From positions 31,515 through 90,694 of the forward strand of contig JAQWAY010000003.1 in the NCBI GenBank assembly GCA_028707455.1: a DNA stretch of 59,180 bases, read 5' to 3'. The notes under the pieces are model-generated. The model saw only the letters and a program-made list of their open reading frames with translations. It was not told the origin of the DNA and made no database searches. The DNA is from Bacilli bacterium. GTDB taxonomy: Bacteria; Bacillota_I; Bacilli_A; RF39; UBA660. Position 1 is the first letter of the stretch. Each line of letters starts with the position of its first letter. The position numbers and the translations under genes were made by a program. Positions 8,872 to 18,602 of this stretch are shown here, piece by piece.

Positions 8872-9606
8872 CTAACTTAACTTCTTAATACTATTTATAA
8901 ATGATTTTGTTTTTAAATATAAACCGGTATATTCATCATAATAGTTATCTAAGAATTGATTTATTTCTATTTTAGCAATATCACTAACTTCTAATTTACT
9001 TATTTTAGAGATATCCACATAATAAAACATTCTAATTAATTTAATTGTTTTATTACTAACTATTTTATCATTTTTCAAACAATTGGTACAAATATATCCT
9101 CCACGATGAGCAGACAAAGTAGCAATTGAAGAAACACTTCCACAAACACTACACTTATCGATAATAGGCATAACCCCTAAATAATCTAATAACTTTAATT
9201 CTAATATATTAGTTATAACTAAAGGATCAAATCCTTCATTAATTTTAATTAAACTATTAATTAATAAGGTATATACCTCACTATTACTGTTTTGTTTGAT
9301 TACTTGTTCTGCTAATTCTAATAAAAAACTAGCATAACTTATTTTCTCAATATCCTTTTTAATATTCTTAAAGTTATCAATAATATCAACACTAGATATT
9401 ATTGATAATTTATCTTTTTTATAATATATATGGAAATAACCATAAGTTAGTTTACCAGTGACACTTCTTAAAGGGCTCTTTAATGATTTAACACCCTTTG
9501 CCATTACTCCAATTAAACCATATTCTTTCGTAATAATGTTTAATATTTTACTAGTTTCACCATAGTCACGTTCTGTGATAATGATGCCTTCTACTTTTTC
9601 AATCAA
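8872..9606 (-). CDS. recO: DNA repair protein RecO
   Basis: 244 aa. OB-fold N-terminus, CxxC...CxxC zinc finger (CSVCGS...CTNC). Position downstream of era. Confidence 0.9.
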   Translation of the reverse strand: MIEKVEGIIITERDYGETSKILNIITKEYGLIGVMAKGVKSLKSPLRSVTGKLTYGYFHIYYKKDKLSIISSVDIIDNFKNIKKDIEKISYASFLLELAEQVIKQNSNSEVYTLLINSLIKINEGFDPLVITNILELKLLDYLGVMPIIDKCSVCGSVSSIATLSAHRGGYICTNCLKNDKIVSNKTIKLIRMFYYVDISKISKLEVSDIAKIEINQFLDNYYDEYTGLYLKTKSFINSIKKLS

Positions 9607-9838
9607 TTAATTCAAAACGGTATTCTTGAGTAATGTCTGGATACTTATTCTTATCAACTAATGATGCAAAAGAATCGTAATCTCTTACCCAAACTTTTTT
9701 ATCATCATATTCTGCTTGATAAACAACAACCTTTTTTAGGTTATCATCACTAGATTCACAATCATAAGCAATCATTAATACTTTATATTCTTTTCCTTTA
9801 AAATGTCGATATCTTTTACCTGGTACAACTTCCTGCAT
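9599..9838 (-). CDS. DUF1653 family protein
   Basis: 79 aa. YRHFKGKEYKV...VVYQA...VWVR motif pattern of DUF1653. Confidence 0.65.
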   Translation of the reverse strand: MQEVVPGKRYRHFKGKEYKVLMIAYDCESSDDNLKKVVVYQAEYDDKKVWVRDYDSFASLVDKNKYPDITQEYRFELID

Positions 9839-9839
9839 G

Positions 9840-9929
9840 TTATTTCCTCTTTTCTAATTCCTTATATTTCAAATAATATTCAACTTTGCCAGTATTCATA
9901 AATAAATCCCATAATATTTGTTTGTTCAT
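9840..9929 (-). CDS. yqzL: YqzL-like small protein (29 aa), not in the ORF track
   Basis: Manual translation gives MNKQILWDLFMNTGKVEYYLKYKELEKRK. The W..F..TG....YL.YKELE pattern and the era/recO position match Bacillus YqzL as I recall it. AGGTGG lies 5 nt upstream of the ATG. Confidence 0.5.
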   Translation of the reverse strand: MNKQILWDLFMNTGKVEYYLKYKELEKRK

Positions 9930-9973
9930 AAAAACCACCTTTCTAATATAATAGTGGTTTTATTTTTTAAATA

Positions 9974-10858
9974 TTATTCAAATCCCTTATAACCAAATTC
10001 TGACAAATATTTTTCTTTGTCACGCCATTTTTTTACAACTTTAACAAATAGTTCTAAATATACTCTTGAACCTAATAATTCTTCTAAATCTTTTCGTGCT
10101 TCAATTCCAATTTTTTTAATCTTACTACCACGAGAGCCAACAATAATCTTTTTAACTGATTCTCTATCAACGACAATTACGACATTAACGGTATAACTAT
10201 TTTTATTTCTTTCAAAATGTTCCGTTACACAAGTGACTGAATGTGGTACTTCTTCAGAAGTAAGTTTAAATACTTTTTCTCTGACAATCTCAGCCATTGT
10301 GAATTCTAATGGTTTATTAGTAAATTGATTATCCTCATAATATTTAACACTTTGTGGTAAATATTTTTTTAAGACATTTACTAAAGTTTTCATATTATTT
10401 TTCTTTAAAGCCGAAATAGGAACTATTTCTGCGAAATTATATAAATCTTTATAAGCATCAATCTTTAATAGAATCCCATCACGAGTTAGTTTATCTATTT
10501 TATTAATAACTAAGATAACAGGTTTATCTACTTCTTTTAATTTTTCGATAACATATTTATCCCCTGGTCCTAACGCTTCACTACCATCAACAATAAAGAT
10601 AATGGTATCAACATCATCAATTGAATAATATGCTTGTTTATTTAAATACTTACCTAGTTTATGATTTGGTTTATGGATACCTGGGGTATCAACAAAAACT
10701 ATTTGAGTATCATCATCGTTATATATACCTTGAATAAGATTACGAGTTGTTTGTGGTTTATCTGAAGTAATAGCAACCTTTTTGCCGACTATATTGTTAA
10801 GAAGTGTGCTTTTTCCAACATTAGGTCTTCCAATTAATCCAACAAATCCTGATTTCAT
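9974..10858 (-). CDS. era: GTPase Era
   Basis: G1 GRPNVGKST, G3 DTPG, G4 NKID, C-terminal KH domain. Confidence 0.95.
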   Translation of the reverse strand: MKSGFVGLIGRPNVGKSTLLNNIVGKKVAITSDKPQTTRNLIQGIYNDDDTQIVFVDTPGIHKPNHKLGKYLNKQAYYSIDDVDTIIFIVDGSEALGPGDKYVIEKLKEVDKPVILVINKIDKLTRDGILLKIDAYKDLYNFAEIVPISALKKNNMKTLVNVLKKYLPQSVKYYEDNQFTNKPLEFTMAEIVREKVFKLTSEEVPHSVTCVTEHFERNKNSYTVNVVIVVDRESVKKIIVGSRGSKIKKIGIEARKDLEELLGSRVYLELFVKVVKKWRDKEKYLSEFGYKGFE

Positions 10859-11241
10859 TTTAAATCCTCTTCATCAAAAGGATATGGGCACAAATCCAAT
10901 ACTTTGAATGTTTGTATTTCACCAGAATTACTGAAACAAGTTACTTCACGGTCTTGTTCAAAAAATTCAGTAATAACTTGACGACAAATAAAACATGGAG
11001 TACCTATTTTTTCGTTGTCACACATAACATATAATTTATCAAATTCATTCTTTTTATAACCATGACTAATAGCGTTTACAATAGCACTTCTTTCAGCACA
11101 GATAGTTGCTCCATAAGAAGCATTTTCAACATTAACACCATTAAATTCTGTTCCATCTTTCATCACGACAATAGCTGCTACTCTAAACTTAGAATACGGG
11201 CTATATGAATTATCTAATAATTGTTGTAATTTTTCTTTCAT
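10855..11241 (-). CDS. cdd: Cytidine deaminase
   Basis: 128 aa. CAERSAI and PCFICRQ zinc-ligand motifs. Confidence 0.9.
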   Translation of the reverse strand: MKEKLQQLLDNSYSPYSKFRVAAIVVMKDGTEFNGVNVENASYGATICAERSAIVNAISHGYKKNEFDKLYVMCDNEKIGTPCFICRQVITEFFEQDREVTCFSNSGEIQTFKVLDLCPYPFDEEDLK

Positions 11242-11250
11242 AAATCCTCC

Positions 11251-11646
11251 TTATATAAGCACTAATATTTTAGGTAAAAAAATAATTAATCCGGTAACAA
11301 AAGCAATTGTTGCAAAAACAAGTACTGCTGCTGATGCACAATCCTTAGCTGTTTTAGCAAATGGATGCTTTTTAGTCGTTGTTAAGTCAACTACCGCTTC
11401 AATAGCAGTATTAATTAATTCCGTCGCTGCCACTAAACTAATTAACAATAAAATAGTAATCCATTCAAAAGTACTTATTTTTAAAATAAAGCCAGCAATA
11501 ATACTTAATATTGCTGCAACAACAATAATAATCATATTTTGTTCATACTTTAATGCATAATTAATACCTGCTAAGGAATTTAAAAAACTATTTTTATACC
11601 TTGATATCGTAAATTTCTTATGAGTTCTTTTGTATTCCATATTCAT
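11251..11646 (-). CDS. dgkA: Diacylglycerol/undecaprenol kinase (DgkA family)
   Basis: About 125 aa, 3-TM protein with the E..NTAIE motif. Conserved position between ybeY and cdd. Confidence 0.85.
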   Translation of the reverse strand: MNMEYKRTHKKFTISRYKNSFLNSLAGINYALKYEQNMIIIVVAAILSIIAGFILKISTFEWITILLLISLVAATELINTAIEAVVDLTTTKKHPFAKTAKDCASAAVLVFATIAFVTGLIIFLPKILVLI

Positions 11647-12070
11647 TTAAAATCAACTCCTGTTTACTAAACATAACCTTTTCATCTTCACTATTCATGT
11701 GATCATAACCAAGTAAATGTAAGAAACCATGAATAGTTAAAAAGGCTAACTCCCTTAAAAAACTATGACCATATAATTTACTTTGTTCTTCCACTTTATC
11801 TAGTGATATATATATATCACCTAAAATACGATATGGCATATTAGGAAAATCCTTATTATCTTCTAAAGCAAAAGTTATAACATCAGTTGAGCGATCAATG
11901 TTACGATAATTTTTGTTAATATCTCTAATATGTTCATTATCTACGATTATAATATTAAATACTAAATTGTCTAATTTCTCATATTCAATAGCAAAATCAA
12001 CTAACTTCTTAATTATCTCTAGTTCCTTTATTTCTTTTCCCGTTTCATTATATATTTCAATATTATTCAC
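11618..12070 (-). CDS. ybeY: rRNA maturation endoribonuclease YbeY
   Basis: HGFLHLLGYDH metal-binding motif, 150 aa. Confidence 0.9.
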   Translation of the reverse strand: MNNIEIYNETGKEIKELEIIKKLVDFAIEYEKLDNLVFNIIIVDNEHIRDINKNYRNIDRSTDVITFALEDNKDFPNMPYRILGDIYISLDKVEEQSKLYGHSFLRELAFLTIHGFLHLLGYDHMNSEDEKVMFSKQELILNEYGIQKNS

Positions 12071-12702
12071 TAAATACCCCCTAGTTTAATTACGTTAAAT
12101 AAATATAAGACAATAACAATAATAATAACTATTATAATTATATTATAGAAAAAGGGTTTTTTCAAGGCACGTGGCATCTTTTCTGATATATCAAATAGTA
12201 ATGTATATAAAGAAAAACCAGCTAGTCCACCTAATAAATTTAATAAAATATCATCGACATCAAAAACACGACCAATCATATATTGGGTTACTTCAATCGT
12301 TATTGAGGCAATCAAAGTAAGGATAACAATATACCTTACTTTTGAAACCTTAATAAAGTATGATATAAAGAACCCAAATGGTACAAAGATTAACATGTTA
12401 CCGATGACGTTTTTAAAAAACTTAAGACTTCCAACATCATATCTAAGAATTTCTTTAAAGGGAACAAAATTAGAAGTAGACCAACTAACATCTTGAAATG
12501 TTACAGCATAGAATAAACACATAATATAAACGGTAAATCCTAAAATAAATACTTCTTGATATAAAATGAATCTTTTTTTATTTTGAATTATCCATACAAG
12601 ACGAGTTGATGCTAAAATAACAGTGCAAATTAAAATCATTGGCCATATTTGTTCAAATAAAATAATAATATTACTTCTTAGCATCTTCCTCTTCCTCCTC
12701 AA
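12070..12702 (-). CDS. VanZ-like family membrane protein
   Basis: Multi-TM. NxxxFxPFGFF and EVTQY...R.FDVDDILLNLLGG motifs of VanZ. Confidence 0.7.
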   Translation of the reverse strand: MRRKRKMLRSNIIILFEQIWPMILICTVILASTRLVWIIQNKKRFILYQEVFILGFTVYIMCLFYAVTFQDVSWSTSNFVPFKEILRYDVGSLKFFKNVIGNMLIFVPFGFFISYFIKVSKVRYIVILTLIASITIEVTQYMIGRVFDVDDILLNLLGGLAGFSLYTLLFDISEKMPRALKKPFFYNIIIIVIIIVIVLYLFNVIKLGGI

Positions 12703-13831
12703 TTATTGGTTGATATCCTGTTATGTTTTCATAAACAGCATAAAATATATCTACTTCTATTTTACTATCTTTTACATTAACTTTCAATTGTTTTTCATCG
12801 ATTATATACTCATTGTCATTAAGTTTATCTTCTATCTTCTTTCGACCAACTAAAATAGCAGCATCAATGGCTTGCTCAATTGTATATATCTTATCTATAA
12901 CATTAGTTTCAACTTGAGTTTGCTTAACTAATCCAATGGGTAAATATAAATGTTTAAGTATATTTTGATTAGTTACTTTCTTTGTTTTATATTTATTGAA
13001 ATCCAATGTAAAATAATTATTTAAAAATTGAAAAGCGTAAAGCGATTTCTTCTTACCAGTATAAATTACTTCATGGTATTGAAAAGGAAATGAAATTGAT
13101 GTTTCATACCAAACCTCACCATAAATGGTACCTTCTGCCCGAACCATATTACCATCAGTTATTTGACCACTAATCACAATATCCCCTGGTTTAACATAGT
13201 CTTCAACATTACGAATTACAACCCCAGAAGAAGATGTTACCTTTCTAATAACTGCTGTTTTATTGGCCACTACATGCTGTGGTTCTTTATTTTTTTCAGT
13301 ATCAATAATCTTTCTTTCTTCAACTCTAACAATATACTTAGTACCAATATTTTCTATTTCTAACCATTCTATTTTATTTCGATGTTTCTTTAAAATTCCT
13401 TCTTTTACTTTTTCAATATAATCATAGTTTTTTACAAAACTTCTCTTTTTAATATTATAATTAGCTAATTCATTTAAAAGGATCGTCCTTACTTGTGGAC
13501 TATTATGAATTACTTCAACACTAAAAATCATATTACTTAAAATAATTAGTAATACAAAGCCGCAAAAAATAGATATTAATAATATTTTATTAAAGAGTAA
13601 TCCTTTTTTAATTCGTATTAGACCATAATAATTAATAATAGTTATTTCATAGATACTTTTTAATTCTAATAATCGTTCATAGTCATATTTATATACTTTA
13701 ATATTGACTTCTGAATCGCTTATATATTTAATATTTAATAGTTCTATTTTTTCTTTTATTATTCTCATTACAAAGCGCTTTATATGCTTACCCTTAATAT
13801 TAATATTTATTTTACTTGTTAAGATATTCAT
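12671..13831 (-). CDS. yqfD: Sporulation protein YqfD
   Basis: 386 aa, single central TM, size and order (after yqfC) as in Bacillus/Clostridium YqfD. Confidence 0.8.
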   Translation of the reverse strand: MNILTSKININIKGKHIKRFVMRIIKEKIELLNIKYISDSEVNIKVYKYDYERLLELKSIYEITIINYYGLIRIKKGLLFNKILLISIFCGFVLLIILSNMIFSVEVIHNSPQVRTILLNELANYNIKKRSFVKNYDYIEKVKEGILKKHRNKIEWLEIENIGTKYIVRVEERKIIDTEKNKEPQHVVANKTAVIRKVTSSSGVVIRNVEDYVKPGDIVISGQITDGNMVRAEGTIYGEVWYETSISFPFQYHEVIYTGKKKSLYAFQFLNNYFTLDFNKYKTKKVTNQNILKHLYLPIGLVKQTQVETNVIDKIYTIEQAIDAAILVGRKKIEDKLNDNEYIIDEKQLKVNVKDSKIEVDIFYAVYENITGYQPIIEEEEEDAKK

Positions 13832-13834
13832 AGA

Positions 13835-14074
13835 TCACCTTAATTCAATATTTTTTATATTACCTAAAATAAGTACTTCATCAATCAAAAGCCTTGTAAT
13901 TGTTAAATCCGTTCCCGTAATAATAACAGAACCATTTCTATGTTTAATAGTAACTTCATTACTATTAAAATTTGATATATCGGTATAATTAACTACATTA
14001 ACTTTATTATTTAAAATATTTATTCTAAAATCTTCTTCTAAAAGATAATTTCTAAAACCTTCAATTAATTTCAT
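13835..14074 (-). CDS. yqfC: Sporulation protein YqfC
   Basis: 79 aa. ...V.NY..I..F....V...T....L.I.G..L.I... layout of YqfC, immediately upstream of yqfD. Confidence 0.8.
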   Translation of the reverse strand: MKLIEGFRNYLLEEDFRINILNNKVNVVNYTDISNFNSNEVTIKHRNGSVIITGTDLTITRLLIDEVLILGNIKNIELR

Positions 14075-14164
14075 ACTTTCACCTATATAATTTTATTTAA
14101 AAATATCTTATTTATGAGTTAGTCTACTATATTGTAGTTTTTAATTTTAATATTTCCTTTTAAT

Positions 14165-14195
14165 AATAAAAAAAAGATATAAATTATATCTTTTT
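14165..14195 (-). terminator. Intrinsic terminator after the 14194..14826 gene
   Basis: Hairpin AAAGATATAA-TTT-ATATCTTT followed by a U-run on the minus strand. Confidence 0.6.
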
Positions 14196-14826
14196 ATTTA
14201 ACTAATTTTATTTCATAAACACTATTAGGATAATCTACTACTTCACTTCGAAAGAAGATCATACCTTTTCCTTTTTCAAAAACCATCTTCTCTTTATACT
14301 CTTTTTGAATTGGTTCTTCTTGTTCTTCGGTTGAAACATCAATATTTCTGATACTTTCAATTGTTACTTGGTTATTAGATATATCAGTAACCTTATAAGT
14401 AGTTAATGTCCCTTCATTTGTCCAAGTCATATTTTCTTCTGGTAATCCAACTATAATTTCAGTTGGATTAGTATATTCAATAATATCACCATTTTTCATA
14501 TGTCTATCCGTTTTAATTACTTTATTGTCTTCAATGATATAAGTAGTATAAATAGTTTTAGTCCCATCTTCTTCTTTAACATCGTATACCGTATCAACTG
14601 ATTTATAATTAGCTGCAGTAACAATATTATTAACCTTTACTTCATACTTTTTAATTCCTTGTTTAAATATTTGCGTTGTTTCTTTTGAAGGAAACAATTC
14701 TGATAAATCATCAATAAAAGGTTGTTTCTTCTCTCTAGGAGCAGACTCTTTAAATGGTTGAAAAATCAACAATAAAGATAATGCTACTAATAAAACAGTT
14801 ATAATAATATTTTCTGGTTTCATCAT
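14194..14826 (-). CDS. Hypothetical exported/membrane-anchored protein
   Basis: N-terminal hydrophobic signal/anchor (IIITVLLVALSLLLIF). No family recognised. Confidence 0.5.
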   Translation of the reverse strand: MMKPENIIITVLLVALSLLLIFQPFKESAPREKKQPFIDDLSELFPSKETTQIFKQGIKKYEVKVNNIVTAANYKSVDTVYDVKEEDGTKTIYTTYIIEDNKVIKTDRHMKNGDIIEYTNPTEIIVGLPEENMTWTNEGTLTTYKVTDISNNQVTIESIRNIDVSTEEQEEPIQKEYKEKMVFEKGKGMIFFRSEVVDYPNSVYEIKLVK

Positions 14827-14913
14827 ATCATCCTTTCAAGATTAAATATAATATTTACCTTATATAACCATATTTTATCATATTCAAAAATATAAACCAA
14901 GGTATTTAGAAAA

Positions 14914-14942
14914 AAAAGAATATAACTTTATATTCTTTTGAC
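14914..14942 (-). terminator. Intrinsic terminator of pheST
   Basis: Hairpin AAGAATATAA-(loop)-TTATATTCTT with a flanking U-run. Confidence 0.6.
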
Positions 14943-14944
14943 AT

Positions 14945-17347
14945 TTATTTATCTCTTAATTTAGCACTTAGTTTTGTTTCAACTTCATTAATTATTTTAT
15001 TTAAAGTAACATTTATTTCTTCTTCTGTTAATGTTTTTGAAGGATCAGAGAAAGTTAATGAGAAGGCAATTGATTTTTGACCATCTTCGATATTATTTCC
15101 TTCATATACATCAAAAACATCAATATTAGTTAAAACTCTACCACCTGCTCTTTTAATTAGGTTAATAATATCTAAAGCAGGAGTTTCACGATTAATTAAG
15201 AAAGCAATATCTTTATTTATATCTGGGTATTTAGATAATTCCTTATACTTTATTTCTCTAACCTTTTTAGTCATTAATTTATCTAAACTAATTTCAAATA
15301 CATAGACATCTTTCTTAGATATATTAGGGTGTACTTGACCTATAAAACCAATTATTTCATTATCTAAAACAATATTAGCACTTCTTCCTGGATGAAGTTC
15401 ATTAGGTAATGCTTCTATTTTAAATTGATAACGATTACTTAAACCTAAATAATTTAATAAGTTTTCAATAACTCCTTTAACAACATAAAAGTCTGTTCTA
15501 ACAATATTACTTTGATGATTATTAGTATAGTAGTTATTATACATTAATCCACTAATTAAGGTTTCTTCAACATAAGTATCATTTTTCTTATAATATGAAG
15601 ATGCAATTTCAAAGATATTAATATCTTTAATATTACGGGCAATATTATACTCAAAAACAGTTAATAATGATGGGATTAAACTTGTTCTCATAATCTTTCT
15701 TTCTTCACTCATAGGATTCGAAATAATCACTTTTTCTACTTCTTCAATTTTAAAGAGATTAGATTCTTTTTCACTAACTAGTGAATAAGTAATAACTTGA
15801 TTTAGATTTAATGCTTCTAATCTTTTTCGAAGATCCTTAACAAGTTTACCTTTCTTTGAATATGTACCTTGTTTAATCGAAGTAATTGGAAGTTTACCAA
15901 CCAAGTTAGTATAACCATATAACCTTCCTACTTCTTCAATTAAATCTTCTTCAATAGTAATATCCAGTCTTCTAGTTGGAACTGTTACTATAAATGAATT
16001 ATCCTCAGTAATACATTCAAAAGCTAAATCCTTAAATATTTTTTCTACTTCTTCAACTTTCAAGTTCATTCCTAAAATACGATTGATTTTATCTAATGTA
16101 ATATTAATTATTTTATCGTTTTTAGCGGCTTTATCGTGTGCTAACATATCACTTACAACTTCACCACCAGCATACTTATTAAGTAAGTAACAAGCTCTCT
16201 TTAAGGCTAAAATAGAACGATTAGGATCTATTCCCTTTTCATAACGACTACTTGCTTCACTTCTTAGTATTTCTTTAGCTGTACTACGGATATGAACTGA
16301 ATCAAAAATAGCTGATTCAATAAAAATATTAGTCGTTTCACTTGTTATTTCAGTGCTTATTCCACCCATAACACCAGCAAGTGCAACAGCTCCATCATAG
16401 TTAGTTATAACGATATCTGATTCACTTAACATTCTTTCTTTACCATCTAGAGTAATTAATTTTTCATCCTTATTGGCCATTCTAACAATAACATCACGAC
16501 CTAATTTATCAGCATCAAAGAAATGAAGTGGTTGACCATATTCAAGCATAACATAATTACTAATATCAACAACATTATTAATTGGTCTAATTCCACTAGC
16601 CATTAATCTACTTTTAATAAAGTTAGGGCTTTCACCAATTTTAATATTCTTTACTTTCTTAGCTAAATAAATAGAACAATTATCAGTTTTAACAGTTAAT
16701 GTATGCTCATCTTTAATACTATCCTTTATTTCTTCTACATCAATTTCTGGCATTTTGACTTCTTTATTATAAATAGCACCAACCTCATAAGCCATACCAA
16801 TAATACTTAATAGGTCACCACGATTAGCCGTTAATTCAAAATCAATTACTTCATCATCATATCCTAAGTATTTAATAGCATCTTCCCCTACCTTCGGATT
16901 TCCAGTTAAAGGATGAATACCTGTTTTATCTTCTTCAGTTAAATATTTTGATTCGATTCCTAATTCATCTAAAGCACAAATCATGCCATTAGATTCCATT
17001 CCTGCTAAAGTGGCTTTTTTAATTTCAAAATCACCAGGTAATACTGCCCCTACTTTAGCAACAGCTACATATTGGTCCTTTTTGACATTAGGAGCACCAC
17101 ATAAAATTTGAACTACTTCATCACCAATGTCAACTTTACAAATACTTAACTTTTTGGAATCAGGATGTTTTTCACATTCTAAGATATGACCTACTACTAC
17201 ATTAGTAGCTTCACTAACCTTTTTAATTGATTCATATTCATTACCAGCTGAAACCATTTTCTCTGCTAATTCATGATAATCAATATTTTCAATATCAATA
17301 TAGTCATTTAAAAATTTCTTACTTAGTTTCATTATTGTCACCACCAT
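14945..17347 (-). CDS. pheT: Phenylalanyl-tRNA synthetase beta subunit (likely start MKLSKKF at 17332)
   Basis: About 795-800 aa. tRNA-binding OB domain, B3/4, B5 and FDX-ACB domains in order. Overlaps the pheS end. Confidence 0.95.
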   Translation of the reverse strand: MVVTIMKLSKKFLNDYIDIENIDYHELAEKMVSAGNEYESIKKVSEATNVVVGHILECEKHPDSKKLSICKVDIGDEVVQILCGAPNVKKDQYVAVAKVGAVLPGDFEIKKATLAGMESNGMICALDELGIESKYLTEEDKTGIHPLTGNPKVGEDAIKYLGYDDEVIDFELTANRGDLLSIIGMAYEVGAIYNKEVKMPEIDVEEIKDSIKDEHTLTVKTDNCSIYLAKKVKNIKIGESPNFIKSRLMASGIRPINNVVDISNYVMLEYGQPLHFFDADKLGRDVIVRMANKDEKLITLDGKERMLSESDIVITNYDGAVALAGVMGGISTEITSETTNIFIESAIFDSVHIRSTAKEILRSEASSRYEKGIDPNRSILALKRACYLLNKYAGGEVVSDMLAHDKAAKNDKIINITLDKINRILGMNLKVEEVEKIFKDLAFECITEDNSFIVTVPTRRLDITIEEDLIEEVGRLYGYTNLVGKLPITSIKQGTYSKKGKLVKDLRKRLEALNLNQVITYSLVSEKESNLFKIEEVEKVIISNPMSEERKIMRTSLIPSLLTVFEYNIARNIKDINIFEIASSYYKKNDTYVEETLISGLMYNNYYTNNHQSNIVRTDFYVVKGVIENLLNYLGLSNRYQFKIEALPNELHPGRSANIVLDNEIIGFIGQVHPNISKKDVYVFEISLDKLMTKKVREIKYKELSKYPDINKDIAFLINRETPALDIINLIKRAGGRVLTNIDVFDVYEGNNIEDGQKSIAFSLTFSDPSKTLTEEEINVTLNKIINEVETKLSAKLRDK

Positions 17348-18380
17348 TCACACGATTAAACATATTTAGAAAACGTATATCATTAATATAAAAATTTCTA
17401 ATATCATTAATACCATATCTTAACATAGCTACTCTTTCAGGTCCCATACCAAAAGCAAATCCTTGATATTTATCTGGATCATAACCACAATTTCGAAGAA
17501 CATTAGGATGAACCATACCAGCACCTAATATTTCAATCCATCCAATATTTTTACATAATGGACAACCTTTTCCTCCACATTTAAAGCAAGATACATCAAC
17601 TTCTAATGATGGTTCGGTAAATGGGAAAAAGCCAGGACGAAATCTTATTTCACGATCTTCACCAAACATTTTCTTAGCGAATATTTCCAAAGTACCCTTT
17701 AAATCTGCTAAAGAAATATCTTTGTCAATTAATAATCCTTCTATTTGAGTAAATTGATGAGAATGAGTTGCATCATCATCATCACGACGATAGGTTTTAC
17801 CTGGACAAATCATTCTTATTGGTCCCTTTTCAAGATTAGCATCCATGGTTCTTGCTTGAACAGGTGAAGTTTGAGTACGTAACAATACTTCATCCGTTAT
17901 ATAAAAACTATCTTGAGCATCACGAGCAGGATGTCCTTTAGGTAAATTTAGTTTTTCAAAGTTATATAAATCTAATTCAACTTCTGGACCTTCAACAACA
18001 TCATAACCCATCGAAACAAACAAATCCTCTATTTCATCTATTGTTTTAGTAATAGGATGAGACCCACCTACTACAATATTAGAAGCAGGTAAAGTAATAT
18101 CAATTGTTTCTTTTTCAATTTTCTTATTAACTTCTAACACTTCTAATTTATGATGCATAGATTCTATCTTTTCACTAACTTCTTTCTTTAAATTATTAAT
18201 TAAAGCACCATATTCCTTTTTTTCATCAATACTTAAATTGCCAAGCATATTAGTAAGTTCACTAATAGAGCCTTTTTTACCTAAATAAGATACTTTTAAA
18301 TCAACCAATTCTTTTGTATTAGTTAATTCATTTAACTTTAAATCTATTTCATTTTGAATATTCAATATTTTCTCTTTCAT
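17319..18380 (-). CDS. pheS: Phenylalanyl-tRNA synthetase alpha subunit
   Basis: 353 aa. Coiled-coil N-terminus, class II motifs ([26 protein letters not shown]). Confidence 0.95.
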   Translation of the reverse strand: MKEKILNIQNEIDLKLNELTNTKELVDLKVSYLGKKGSISELTNMLGNLSIDEKKEYGALINNLKKEVSEKIESMHHKLEVLEVNKKIEKETIDITLPASNIVVGGSHPITKTIDEIEDLFVSMGYDVVEGPEVELDLYNFEKLNLPKGHPARDAQDSFYITDEVLLRTQTSPVQARTMDANLEKGPIRMICPGKTYRRDDDDATHSHQFTQIEGLLIDKDISLADLKGTLEIFAKKMFGEDREIRFRPGFFPFTEPSLEVDVSCFKCGGKGCPLCKNIGWIEILGAGMVHPNVLRNCGYDPDKYQGFAFGMGPERVAMLRYGINDIRNFYINDIRFLNMFNRVNGGDNNETK

Positions 18381-18396
18381 TTTTCCTCCTTATATT

Positions 18397-18602
18397 AAAA
18401 AAACCACATCCGCTAAGGACGTGATTTTACGTGGTACCACCTTAATTTATGAACATAGTCCATCTTAATACTTTAACGCGTTACCGGTATATATTTTGTA
18501 TATACTGCTTAAAAGATGAATTCATAAAATATTATTATTAGTTTCCACCACCACTAACTCTCTATAAATAATTAATTTTATTACTACTTCTTTATCATAG
18601 CA
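18397..18602 (-). promoter_or_regulatory. T-box riboswitch leader (Phe; specifier UUC)
   Basis: The RNA contains:
- K-turn UGCU-AUGAU...UA-AGCA.
- AGAGAG and GUGGUGGAAAC distal Stem I motifs.
- GAA-UUC-A (UUC is rc of 18518-18520).
- T-box AAUUAAGGUGGUACCACG.
- Terminator CACGUCC-UUAGC-GGAUGUG plus U7. Confidence 0.88.

Noticed and set aside
14075-14160. Sigma-E promoter for yqfC-yqfD
   Set aside because: Only a weak CATAAATA element is present, without a convincing -35 at the right spacing. There is not enough support to annotate it.
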